Below, piece by piece: positions 1 through 12,085 of a stretch of 63,865 nucleotides of DNA (its first letter is position 1; each line of letters begins with the position of its first letter). Source of the stretch: Octopus sinensis (lineage: Eukaryota); NCBI RefSeq assembly GCF_006345805.1, contig NW_021831841.1:1-63865 (forward strand), written 5' to 3'. The position numbers and the translations under genes were made by a program. Under the pieces are notes generated by a model that searched no databases, was not told where the DNA came from, and saw only the letters and a list, made by a program, of their open reading frames with translations.

Positions 1-548
1 TAGGATTAAAAAGATTCTCGCCATGGCCGTGCCGTGTGGTTTTTATATGCAGAAATAAATTATCCACTACCTGTCCTTTGTGGAGGCGCAATGGCCCAGT
101 GGTTAGGGCAGCGGACTCGCGGTCGTAGGATCGCAGTTTCGATTCCCAGACCGGGCATTGTGAGTGTTTATTGAGCGAATTGATGTTTGGGCAGAGTGAT
201 GTTTGGGGTATATCTGGCTGTTATTTCATGAAGGTTGAGTGACCACTTTACAAGCTCACCGGCATAAATGAAAGCCATAAGCAAAGACTCAACAGTTTAT
301 TTACAATTAAAGATATAAACAACTCGAAGGTGGCACGTGGTAAGGATCTTTCTTCCTAACCACATGGTTCCAGTTTCAATCCCGCTGCGTGGCTTTGAGG
401 GCAAATGTCTTCAACTATAGTCTCGGGCCGACCAAAGCCTTATAAGTGGATTTGGTAGGCGGTAGGGAATATATTCCTTATCTCCTCCTTTTCCATAATA
501 GTTCCTTATTTCAAACCCAAATATTTACCTCTGTTTAACCATCTCACA

Positions 549-600
549 TTGTCTCTGATGAAGGGATATCCAAAATATCCCAGAAACAGCTGTAAGGCTA
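549..600 (+). ncRNA. Minimal type I hammerhead ribozyme in a Penelope-like terminal-repeat fragment
   Basis: TTGTCT-CTGATGA-a-GGGATAT(ccaaa)ATATCCC-a-GAAA-C(AGCT)G-TA/AGGCTA; predicted cut after 594. Confidence 0.7.
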
Positions 601-676
601 TATCTGTATCTTTTTCCTTATAAATGTCTTGAAAACTCTTCACAATCTTGGCTTTGTTATCTCATTTTATCTAATA

Positions 677-720
<44 letters not shown>

Positions 721-1323
721 GTGTTTGTGTGTGTGTGTGTAATAAGAGAGAGAGACAAAACAGCCTTGAGTTACATACGAATATTACTCATAAACGTATC
801 AGTACGTACAAAACAGACTAAAATTACTGGGACATTATATGTGAGTAGGTAAGTTGTGAATAAGTCCATATGCGTAACTTTGACAAACATATATTTAGCG
901 TCGCTATGTAAATAAATCCTGTTATTTCTCTGCCAAAGAAATATTATGATATGCAAATGAATAAAATCAGCATCAGTAGTTACTCATAGCATCTTCTTTT
1001 TTAGTTGTAAGCAGCTCTAAGTTGAATCCTATCTCTGTTGGACGAACAAGAGTTTTGATAAGATGGCAACAAGCTGACAAAACTAGTCGACCTGTTCTCG
1101 AGTTTGTCCTACACAGAGGAATGGAACGGCTGAGAGAGAGAAAGAGAGAGAGAGAGAGGGGGAGGGAGGGAGAGAGAGACAGAGAGAAAGAGAGAAAGAG
1201 AAAGTAGGAAAAAGGAGGAGGCAGAGAGAGAGTGAGTCTTGTGGTTTAATCATGATTCTATTTACACAGCGAGGCTAAATGCATGTTTATCAAACCTACA
1301 TATGTGCCCACCCATATATGTGC

Positions 1324-1359
<36 letters not shown>

Positions 1360-1405
1360 TATATATATATATATATATATATATATCATATGTATATATG
1401 TATAC

Positions 1406-1566
1406 GATGTGGTTGTGTGGTAAGAAGGTTGCTTACCAACCACATGGTTCCGGGTTCAGTCCCACTGCGTGGCACCTTGGGCAAGTGTTCTCTACTATAG
1501 CCTCGGGGCGAGCAAAGCATTGTGAGTGGTTTTGGTAGACGGAAACTGAAAGAAGCTCGTCGTATA

Positions 1567-1599
<33 letters not shown>

Positions 1600-1821
1600 T
1601 TGTGTGTGTGTGTGTGTGTATGTTTGTGTGTCTGTGTTTGTCCCCCAGCATCGCTTGACAACCGATGCTGGTGTGTTTACGTCCCCGTCACTTAGCGGTT
1701 CCGCAAGAGGGACCGATAGAATAAGTACTAGGCTTACAAAGAATAAGTCCTGGGGTCGATTTGCTCGACTAAAAGCGGTGCTCCAGCATGGCCGCAGTCA
1801 AATGATGAAACAAATAAAAGA

Positions 1822-1822
<1 letters not shown>
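1406..1822 (+). mobile_element. SINE-A, full length (tRNA-like head, internal TA/TG microsatellite, LINE-like tail)
   Basis: Head gtggctgtgtggtaag..ggttcagtccc; tail ggcggtgctccagcatggccgcagtcaaatgactgaaac. Partial copies also near 330-462(+), 10860-11020(+), 15535-15692(-), 15740-15930(+), 24692-24848(-), 26300-26596(-), 33420-33935(-), 38785-39170(-), 55640-55860(-), 59625-59830(-). Confidence 0.85.
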
Positions 1823-1873
<51 letters not shown>

Positions 1874-2256
1874 TATATGTGTGTGTGTGCGTGTGTGTAT
1901 GTGTGCGTGTGTGTATGTGTGCGTGTGTATATGTATGCATAGATACACATACAGGGTTGTAAATGAACCAACAGCGGTGTGGGGGAGCAAGCACAAAAAC
2001 GCACACATACGCACGTATATGTTGAGTTTTCTCAACGAAATAAACTTGCTGTTGTCCCGGGCTACAGTAGGTGAATTTGGTAAAGACACTTGCTCAAGGT
2101 GGGACTGAACTGAAACCACGTGACTGCAAAGCGAGCTTCAAAACCACACACACGCACGTGACACGAAACGTGACACAAGTTTCCAGAGAGCTACGTCGTA
2201 TCTTCTGTTACAAATCTATCAGCCTCTCTAACAATCTGTCTGTCTGTCTGTCTGTA

Positions 2257-2291
<35 letters not shown>

Positions 2292-2424
2292 ATGTCTGCC
2301 TAACTACCTACCTACCTACCTCCCTCCCTACCTACCTACCTACCTATCTATGTTTCTATTCACCTACCTTCTTACCTGTCTGTCTATGTATGTATGTATG
2401 TATGTATGTATGTATGTATGTATG

Positions 2425-2455
<31 letters not shown>

Positions 2456-2460
2456 ATCTA

Positions 2461-2544
<84 letters not shown>

Positions 2545-2545
2545 A

Positions 2546-3860
2546 CCCGTTAAAAGGAGGGCTGGGCATGCCGTGGTTGATGATGCGCAGACACGCGCTG
2601 AGACTGCGACATCTCCGGCTCTATGTAGACGACGGTGAACAGGTGTGGTCGCCGTTTGTGAGGCACGCATTCCCGCAACTCGTCTCCATGACCGAACTAC
2701 AGTCGTGGATCAAAAAGAGGCCGAAGAAGGGCGAATGGCACCGCGAGTGTCGCGTTGCTCTCAAGCAACTCTGCCGTCCCGGGTCGACCTTGAGTGACTT
2801 CAACACAACCAAAGCATTCTATAGGGGATTAGTGGAGGGGAGGTACGACGACGAGCTCGGGGCAAACCTGGGCGTCGACGAGGAATACCTGACCCGCCTG
2901 TTTCAAACGACTTTCGGCCCGGACCTATGGACAACTTCCAGAGATCCCTGGCCTGGCGGTGCTACCGAGAAGCGCTACCCGTTCGGGATAAGCTCTATAG
3001 GCATGGCTCGAGAAACACGGGGCCGACCTGCCCGAGATGCGGGCAGAGCGACGAAACCGCTCTGCACGCAATCGTGCGTGTCCAGCAATTTCCCACCTGT
3101 GGGCTTATGTCGAACGACTGCTGTCACGTGTGGGACGTGTCGGTTTATCAGCCGAGTCTATATCGTTAATATCGTCACGCCTCCTTCCTTCAAACGGGAA
3201 GGAAGAGCTATTTTTATCATACTTGTGGCTATGGCGAAAGAATGTATCTGGTGGACGCGTCTGAAAGGATTAGAGACAAACACTTTTCCTCTCTGGTCAA
3301 TCTCTCATCAACTTCTTCAAGTATCACTTGAAAAAAAAGTGAGAGTAGAGAGGCAAGTTTTTGTCTAGTGAATGTTTTAAAAAAGATGGGTGAATGTAGC
3401 AAGGATGGCACGTATGAATGACGAAGCCACCTTGACTATGATTCTATGAACCGTAAAAATTAATACAGAGAGTTGCTTATTTGCAAAAAAAAAAAAAGAA
3501 ATATAACATGTGACTTCATTGACCGAGGTTACCGTGGTCTTTCCGTAGGCTTTTCTTTCCACGGGTAACCTCACTGTCCTCCCCTTTACACTTCATATTG
3601 ACATTTCTGTGATAACGATCCCTATTGATCAATTTTTTTTCCTCTCCCCCTTTTTTTCAACCCCCCCCTTTTTTTGTCCCTTTTCTCTCTCCTTTTACGA
3701 TCCCTTTTGATCGACCCCCCCCTTTTTTATTTTATTTTATTTTATTTTTTTTTTTTATTATTATTATTATTTTTTTTTTTTTTTAAACCTTCAAAAGAAA
3801 AGCTCTACCTTGTAATTTGTTCTATCTGTGTGCAGCCCTGTGTGGCTAATAAAGAAACAT
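2546..3860 (+). mobile_element. 5'-truncated Tx1/L1-clade non-LTR retrotransposon (ORF2 C-terminus with zf-RVT, 3' UTR), frameshifted
   Basis: P.KGGLGMP post-RT motif, then RSLAWRCYREALPVRDKL...CPRCGQSDETALHA (CCHC zf-RVT) in a shifted frame; AATAAA near 3848 followed by (TATC)n. Confidence 0.8.
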
Positions 3861-3877
3861 ATCTATCTATCTATCTA

Positions 3878-3932
<55 letters not shown>

Positions 3933-4081
3933 ATCTATCTATCTGTCTATCTATCTATCTCACCCACACACCCACCTACATACGCATCCGCCCAGACCAC
4001 CCATCCATCTACCTCTACCTACCTACCTACCTACCTACCTACCTACCTATCTATGTTTCTATTCACCTACCTTCTTACCTG

Positions 4082-4121
<40 letters not shown>

Positions 4122-4197
4122 ACCCTACCTACCTACCAACCTACCTACCTACCTACCTACCTACCTAGCTGTCTGTCTGTCTATATGTCTGTCTGAA

Positions 4198-4233
<36 letters not shown>

Positions 4234-4851
4234 CATCCATCTATCTATCTATCTACCTTCATACCTACCTACCCACCTACATAACCACCTACCCAGACCA
4301 TCCAGCCACCTTTCCAGACCACCCGCCCAGACCAATCACCCACCTACCTACCTACCTACCTACCTACCTACCTACCTATCTATCTAACTAACCCTACCAA
4401 CCTAGCTGTCTGTCTGTCTATGTCTGTCTGAATGTGTGTCTGTCTGTCTGTCTGTGTGCCCATCCATCCATCTATCCAATCATTCATCTCTCACTCTCTC
4501 TTACTTACTCTCACTCCCTCCATTTCTCTCCCTCTCTTTCTCTTTCTCTCTCTCTCTCTCTATCTATCTGTCTATGTTAATGCTTGTTCTTATGTTAAGT
4601 TATAATGATTTAATTTATTTGTCACAAGGGCGAAGGACGAGGGGGAGGGGACAATACAGAGACAGACATGAAGCGTGGGAGTTTACATATACTAATCAAA
4701 TGATAAAAAATAAATAATAAACAAATAATAAAAAGAAAAAAAACCCAGTTATAATAAAGGTAATTTTACATTAATCTGACGGGTCACTCTATTCTGTTGT
4801 AGATTTAAAAAAATTATTATTCTCATATAAGAATGTTGTTGATAGTGACTG

Positions 4852-4920
4852 CGAAGTTTCGGCCGGTTAAGCCATCGTCGGACTGTTAAGCGATCCGACG
4901 ATGGCTTAGCCGAAACTTCG
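4852..4920. other. 69-bp fold-back (27-bp stem, 4-nt bulge) made of two degenerate hammerhead-like cores, in the VWA7-like intron
   Basis: cgaagtttcggc(cggt)taagccatcgtcgga ... tccgacgatggctta-gccgaaacttcg. Confidence 0.75.
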
Positions 4921-5159
4921 GAGCCACTTGTTTCAGAATAATAAATACACGCGCGCGCGCGCACACACACTCGCGCGCGCGCACACACACACACACGCGC
5001 GCGCGCATCACATTTATGCGTGTGTGTGTGTGTGTGTGTCTGCATGTGCGTGTGTGATTATGCGTGCATGTATGTATGTATAATTGTGTGAACATTCATC
5101 ATGTGTGCGCACACCTTGTGTAACAAATATATGCAAATATATGCAAAATAAGGACTCAC

Positions 5160-5457
5160 GTTTGAAGTTATCCTCGAACCAACCCTTGGGGTCAGTGCTG
5201 TTGATATTGGGTAAGCTGTCCGGGGAGGCACCGAGGTAATAGCCAGCGGCCCTTGTAACACCAATTTCGGTAATGTCTTGGTGTGTCAGATCTTCTTCCA
5301 TGAGGTCGTCTTCGTAGCTGATTCGATTGTGTAAGAATCCCTGGGTCGGATTGAGCAGACAGGAACAGAACAGCAGAAGCACAAACACAGAAAGGGGCAG
5401 GCTAGTAGTGAAAGGGAATCCCTTGAAAACAGGACGAGCCTTCGTTAGCGGCGGCAT
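5160..5457 (-). CDS. VWA7-like: First coding exon (99 codons + 1 nt, phase 1) of a secreted von Willebrand factor A domain-containing protein 7-like (VWA7-like) gene; downstream exons outside the window
   Basis: ATG at 5457, signal-peptide-like segment (PLSVFVLLLFCSCLLNPTQG), then FLHNRISY...LTHQDITEIG, which parallels the recalled vertebrate VWA7 N-terminus (SAFFPNIWS...ITHQDLTEEA). Consensus donor AAAC|GTGAGT at 5160/5159. Family assignment is from motif memory, not a search. Confidence 0.75.
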
Positions 5458-5482
5458 CGCGTCTTGTTGTGATGCTAAAAGG
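5458..5482 (-). promoter_or_regulatory. Candidate splice acceptor (ccttttag|CATC, exon start 5474) 17 nt upstream of the ATG, implying an upstream non-coding exon (candidate donor gaa|gtatgg near 6088)
   Basis: Sequence motifs only. Confidence 0.35.
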
Positions 5483-5768
5483 TAACGTTCCTATTACTGC
5501 GTAGCTCTGGGCTCTCTGATACGATACTGGAGTTGTATTAGTTGTGATGTTGTCGTGGTTAGTGGCCGTTGTTGTTGTTGTTGTTATTGGTAGCGGTGGC
5601 GCGTGGAGTACTCTCTGTTGTAATTACTATTATTGTACTAGTAGTTGTAATAGTAGTAGTAGTAGTAGTACTGGTAGTAATAGTTGCTGGTATTATTATT
5701 GCTGTTGTTTTTTCCTGTTATGATAGTGCTTGTAACAGTTGCCTATGTTTTTATTAAGGTGTTGCTGC

Positions 5769-5800
<32 letters not shown>

Positions 5801-6246
5801 TTGCTTGTTGTTGCTGCCGCTGTTGTTGTTGTTGGTTGTCGTGGTGGCTGTTCTTATGGTAAGTGCTCTGTCGGTGTCGGTAGTTTTACTAGTAGGGGTG
5901 GTAGTGGTAGTGGTAGTGGTGGTTGTAGTAGTCTTACGGTGTTGGACACTTCGCACTTCTGTCTACTACCTCCTTTTCTGCTGCTGCCTCTGCTGCTGCG
6001 CCTGCTGTTCTTGTTGTTGCTGCTGCTGCTGCTGTGGTTGTTGTTTCTGCCGCCCTCTATAGAAGCCGGCCTCGTTTAGCACCATACTTCACAGATTGAT
6101 AGAAATAGAGCTCAACGATGAAGGGCAAAAAGCGTATTTCATGCAAGTGCTTCATTTCATCGGTGTGTGTGCGTGCGTGAGAGAGAGAGAGAGAGAGGGA
6201 GGGAGAGAGAGAGGGAGGGAGAGTGCATGTGTATGCCTCTGTGTGA

Positions 6247-6285
<39 letters not shown>

Positions 6286-6468
6286 TGTGTGTGTGTATAT
6301 ATACATGTGAGTGTGTGTGTGTGAGCTTGTTTGTGTGAGTGGGTGTTAGTGAGTGACGGAGCGAAGTTGCATCTGCGCGCGCGTAGATCTGTGTGTGTGC
6401 GTGTATGATGAGCGTGGTATGTATGTGTGCATATGTGTATGTAAGTGGTATCTGTCTATTTGTCTGTA

Positions 6469-6499
<31 letters not shown>

Positions 6500-7006
6500 C
6501 TTCCCTTCTCTTTCTCTTCCTCTCTGTGCGTCAGGGTGTGACTGAATGAGGCAGCATCTGTCTCAGAGAACTATCTATCAGTGCGTTTAAGCGTACACGT
6601 GTGTGTACGCGTGTGTACGTATATGTACGAGCATATGTGTGTTTGTGAGATTATGTTTAAGTGCGTGTGGTTAAGCGAAATTGCAACTGCGTATGCATCT
6701 ATGCGTGTATATTGCAAGTGTATGCATGCGTGTGTGCGTGTATGCATATGAATGCATGCGTGTGATAATATGTGTGATGATGCGTTTTTTTACATTAAAG
6801 CGAGCGAACGAGAGATGCTGCCTGTGTGCGTGCGTTTGAGAGTGTGTGTATGTGTGTGTGTGTGTGTGTGTGTGTATATTCACGTGCACATATGTAGATG
6901 TATGGGTTTATGTTAATAAGCCTTTGTGTTAGCGATGGAGTGATCCAGTGATGGAAGTGTGAGTAGCTGAGTAGTGAGTGACGGTGAGAGTGAACGAGAG
7001 ACATAC

Positions 7007-7064
<58 letters not shown>

Positions 7065-7216
7065 AATAAATAAAATAAAACATATGCATATATATAAACA
7101 TATATGTACGTACCTACCTCTACATGTACATATACACGCATATATGAGTACAGGACACCAAAGGGACGTCGAACACAAAGAAAACGAAACCATAGACACA
7201 AACCAAAGGACTGGAC

Positions 7217-7252
<36 letters not shown>

Positions 7253-7389
7253 GGGTGTTCAAAAAGTCTCTCTGCAGTAAGTATTTTATTGGAAAATAGA
7301 TATTTATAAGATGGCATAAGACTATAAAAGAATATATTAGACTTTACAAGACTTCAAAGAAAAAAAAAAACCCAACTTTATACGAGGTG

Positions 7390-7493
7390 TTGAAAGTGTC
7401 GTCCTTCATGTATATTGCTTCATGTAATAGTTGAAAGTGTCGTCCTTCATGTATATTGCTTCATGTAATAGTTGAAAGTGTCGTCCTTCATGT
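7390..7493 (+). repeat. 41-bp tandem repeat, about 2.5 copies
   Basis: gttgaaagtgtcgtccttcatgtatattgcttcatgtaata repeated. Confidence 0.85.
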
Positions 7494-8275
7494 TCACTAT
7501 ATAAGTTGACTCTACACATGTTTTGAAATACATCTTGGAGATTCTGATTCTTGGAAGAGCCAAGATGAAAAAAATTAATCCACTGCGGAGAGACTTTTTG
7601 AACACTGAACACTGTGTGTTGTATGTATATATATATATATAAGGATAAGATCGTTATTTAGATATCGAACTTATCAAGTGGCCAGCATGGGAATAAAAAA
7701 CACCTTCAAAGGTAATAATTATTATTAAGATTATAATTTAGGCTATCTAAGAGATACCACCACGCTTGAAATAGCAGTCAAAACTTGACTCTAAAACCAC
7801 ATTAAAAGTTCATACAGCACCAGGAGAGAAGACAAAAAGGCAAAATAAACTTCGAGACTTGCTTTCGGTACGATATGTTTATTTATTTTAGTAGTTTTGA
7901 CTTTAAGAGTCCCTCCTAGCGTGTGGCATTTATGTGTAGTAATGCCCTCTATATAATAAAAATAAATATATTTAAGTGGATTTTTTTCTCTTACGAGGTT
8001 TTTCACGCTAACTATTTGATAAATTCTTATAAAGACTTTATCCTATTTTTAAATTATATATATATATGTGGGGGGGGGGGGGGAGATCGTGTTAGCGTGT
8101 GTTTATGTGTATGAGTGAGTGTGGGTGTTGTGTGTGTGTGATTGTTGGCGGGCTAAACTTGAATGAGGTAGGTGAACTCCCGTGTAAAGAAAGCGATGTG
8201 CGCGCGCGTGCGTGTGTGTGTGTAATGTTTGTACGGATGTGCTGGAGGGAAAGGATGGGAACAGAAAAAAAAGAG

Positions 8276-8307
<32 letters not shown>

Positions 8308-8606
8308 AAAGAGCCCATTACACACGCGCGCGCGCGCACCGTAGAAAACATTAAGAGAACGGGACGAGTCAAAGCTGTAAGTTGTTACTACAGCAATTCA
8401 CAACACCGTACCTTCCACTCAACCCCCTACCACCATTCTCTCTCTCTCTCTTTTATTCTGTCTGCCTGTCTGTCTGTCGGTCTGTCTGTCTGTCTGTCGC
8501 TCTCTCTCTCCCTCTCTCGCCATTCTAATCTCTATTCTGTACACTCATTGAATAACTTTTTTACGCAGCTTTTATGTAAAAAAAAAGTGGCGGCTGCGAA
8601 AGGGAC

Positions 8607-8608
8607 AG

Positions 8609-8687
<79 letters not shown>

Positions 8688-9030
8688 GTCATCATCACTA
8701 TTATTATTTCCAACACAGGCATCACATCTTCGTCCCTTCCATCGCCATCACCGTCACCGTCACCACCACCATCACCACCACCACCACCACCACCAACCAC
8801 CATCCTTTCACAATATCGTCCTCTTCCTCACCATCGTCATCGTTATAGTCGTCATGGCATAATCATCATCATCGTCATCATCATCATCATTCTCATTATC
8901 ATCATCATCATCATCATCATCATTTTCATTATCATCATCGACATCATCATTCTCATTATCATCATCATTTTCATTATCATCATCGACATCATCATCATCA
9001 TCGACATCATCATCGTCATCATCATCATCG

Positions 9031-9066
<36 letters not shown>

Positions 9067-9520
9067 CCATCACCGTCAACGCCACCACCACCACCACCAC
9101 CACACCACCACCACACCACCACCACCACCACCACCACCACCACCATCACTCCTAACAACAACAACAACATTACCACCACTTCCTCCCCTTCAGCCTTGTC
9201 CCCCTATTCATCGCCATCATCATCATCATCATCATCAACAACAACAACAACAGCAACAACAACAGCAACAACAACAGCAACAACAACGACAACAACAGCA
9301 ACATGAATACTGTAAGAGAAAGCAATAACGATCACAGCGAGACCAACAACACCAATATTATGATTAATGACAATGAACCCCGCCTCCCCCCGCCCCCAGC
9401 CATAATTGCAGCAACGTATTCCTCGCCGTCATCATCATCATCACCATCATCACCATCATCACCATCATCACCATCATCATCATCATCATCACCACCACCA
9501 CCACCACCACCACCACCACC

Positions 9521-9569
<49 letters not shown>

Positions 9570-9635
9570 CATCATCATAATCATCATCATCATCATCACT
9601 ACCAACATTATTATCTTTATCATCAGCAACATCAA
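8607..9635. repeat. About 1 kb compound trinucleotide array (CAT/CAC/CAA)
   Basis: Direct reading; source of the poly-S/H/D/M ORFs. Confidence 0.95.
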
Positions 9636-10154
9636 CGGCAACCCGGGCCCATAATGTTTGCTTGCACACCAGATGTGTTGATGGGGTGGGAGGACCCTCA
9701 TTACCTGTACCCTTACGCGAAACAAACACTCTAATCCTCCGTGAGAATAATGGTTGATGTCAGTTGCTTACTTTTGATCGTGAATTATTAAAAAGTCATC
9801 ATTTTTTTTCTCACTACTGACGAATAAAACGGTACAGAAACTCGCAAATAACCCTTTTTGTCCCTCCACAAAAAACAAAACAAAAAAAAAAAAGCTGAAA
9901 TATTTTACCACTTCTTTATTAATGAGAAAGCTAAACAAAATTAGCCCCTGGGGAGGGCATCAGCCAAGAATAATGCAACGAACGGCGAGCTTCCCGAGTG
10001 TGTCGGCTGATGGCGGCGGGCGCTTGAACGCATATTTTTAGACGAATGGGGCGCTTACATCCTCGACGAGAAGAATACGAGGTTGCCTCCGACTTTTTCT
10101 GGCCAAAAGAGTTTTTCAGTTCAATATTTACAAGCTATTGTTTACAGTTTTTAA

Positions 10155-10605
10155 GGCGGTGAACTGGCAGAATCGTTAGCACGTCGGGCAAAATGGCAGA
10201 ATCGTTAGTACACTGGGCAAAATAGCCGAATCGTTAGCACCCCAGGCAAAATGGCAGAATCGTTAGCACCCCGAGCAAAATGGACGAATCGTTAGCGCGC
10301 CGGACAAAATGGCCGAATCGTTACCATCCTGGGCAAAATGGCCGAATTGTTAGCACGCCGGGCAAAATGGCAGAATTGTTAGCACGCCAGGCAAAATGGC
10401 AGAATTGTTAGCACGCCGGGCAAAATGTTTAGCAGCATTTCGTCCGTCTTTAGGTCCTAAGTCCAAATTCTGCCGATCGACTTTGCCTTTCACCCTTTCT
10501 GGGTCGATACAAATATGCTCCCGTTAAGCACTGACATCGATGTAACTTAGTTACCTCCTCTCAAATTCCATGCCTTGTGCTTGCAGTAGGAAAGGATTAA
10601 TAATA
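10155..10605 (+). mobile_element. SINE-D (MetaSINE-like: ggcggcgagctggcagaatcg head, gtcgactttgcctttcatcctttcggggtcgataaa core)
   Basis: Core resembles the recalled Meta domain. Other copies: 17625-17828(+), 19440-19648(-), 34597-34812(+), 48505-48680(-), 49200-49414(-), 62935-63125(-), 63755-63865(-). Confidence 0.8.
10166..10426 (+). repeat. Nine tandem 29-bp copies of the tRNA A-box segment inside a SINE-D copy
   Basis: Unit ggcagaatcgttagcacgccgggcaaaat; 9 x 29 = 261 bp. Confidence 0.95.
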
Positions 10606-10673
10606 GCTTTATAAGTACTTCGAGATCCAATTCTTCAAAAGAATTTGCTCAGGTTCTCTCGAACTTCATATGA

Positions 10674-10715
<42 letters not shown>

Positions 10716-11023
10716 TTTTCGAAATTTTTTCTCTTATGAGGTTTTTACGCTATCTACCTGACAATTTCTTGTTAAGTTTTCCTTATTAAGTAGTTGTCCT
10801 TAATTGCTAAATTTTTATATATATATATATATATATATGAAGAGAGAGAGTGAGAGAGAATGGGTGATTGAGTGGTAAGCAGCTTGCTTACCAACCACAT
10901 GGTTCTGTGTTCAGTCCCACTACGTTGTACCTTGGGCAGGTGACTTCTACTATAGCCTCGGGCCAACCAAAGCCTTGTGAGTGGATTTAGTAAACGGAAA
11001 CTGTAAGAATCCTGTCGCATTCA

Positions 11024-11061
<38 letters not shown>

Positions 11062-11789
11062 ATTTATATATATATAGTATATGTATATATAATATATATA
11101 TATATTGTATATATATAATATATATACACACATATATATACATATATATATCTATATATGTAATATATATACATATATATATATACTTGTATATTTATGA
11201 TGGGCTTCCGCACAGTATCCGTAAGCCATTAGTCGTCGTGTGTATATATCGCAAAACGCTCGCCTGGAGATGTGAAACAGAGCAACAAAGCCACCTGGTT
11301 GCAAATTGTATTTAACTACACTACAATATTTGCACGATACATACCCCCGTCCCTAGGCATCCAAGTTGACGTTTATCTGTACAGGACAGTGAGTTAGGGA
11401 CAGACGACGACGCTGTCATCAACTGACAAACAAACCAGCTGAAAAAAAAGAGTAAAAACAAGAGAAAAGAAGAAAAAACTCATGATGCAAACATAGCTGG
11501 AATACCTTTAATCTTCGGTATGCCAGGTGAGTCAAGGTTGACGCAGGGGTAAGCAACAACAAGGCTAGATTGCGTGTACAGTAGAATTACACTTAATGCA
11601 GCAGCTGTTAGGGGTTCGTAATGTGGCAGTTGTAGTAGTCGTTTTGGTGGTGGTGGTAGAAGTGATATGAACGACAACAATAACAACAACAAGAACAAAT
11701 TTCACAGACTATGGGAGTTATAAAACACATGTGGAGTGCTAACGCCCTATCACACACACAAACATATAGAGATTGATATATACGTACAT

Positions 11790-12085
11790 ACTTACAATTT
11801 ACAATGCCCTTCACAAAAAGGACTTTACTGAAATAAAGTTAGAAAATCCTTCTATTATGGAATACATTCATAAAAACACCAACTCAAGGAATAATGGTGG
11901 AGTATTCCCATCAAAACTTCTGTCAAATGCAAGCTTAACAGGCCGGATATTGTTGTTTGGGACAGAAGGGTCAGCTGTCCTGCAGATATAAATATCTCTT
12001 TGAAAATCAAAGAAAAAAAGAATATCTATGGACAATTGCTTCGAAACTTCCAGCTTCTATACCCAGAGTATGAATTCGTCAGAAA
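11790..12085 (+). pseudogene. Restriction-like endonuclease (PD-(D/E)xK) remnant of an R4/Dong-type non-LTR retrotransposon
   Basis: E*WWSIPIKTSVKCKLNRPDIVVWDRR/VSCPADINISLKIKEKKNIYGQLLRNFQLLYPEYEF: NRPD motif and K..EK...Y..L motif. Confidence 0.75.

Noticed and set aside
80-179. tRNA gene (and other A/B-box heads)
   Set aside because: Heads run into SINE bodies and lack a pairing acceptor stem.
8212-9734. Long ORFs rich in poly-S/H/P/D/M
   Set aside because: Translations of trinucleotide arrays that are open in several frames on both strands; no domain or splice context.
10059-10098. RILLVED, like a response-regulator receiver motif
   Set aside because: Seven residues in one of three open frames with no surrounding domain; chance.
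10166-10426. CRISPR-like appearance (also 12462-12942)
   Set aside because: No unique spacers, the units are SINE-derived or separated by (TA)n, there are no cas genes, and the context is eukaryotic.
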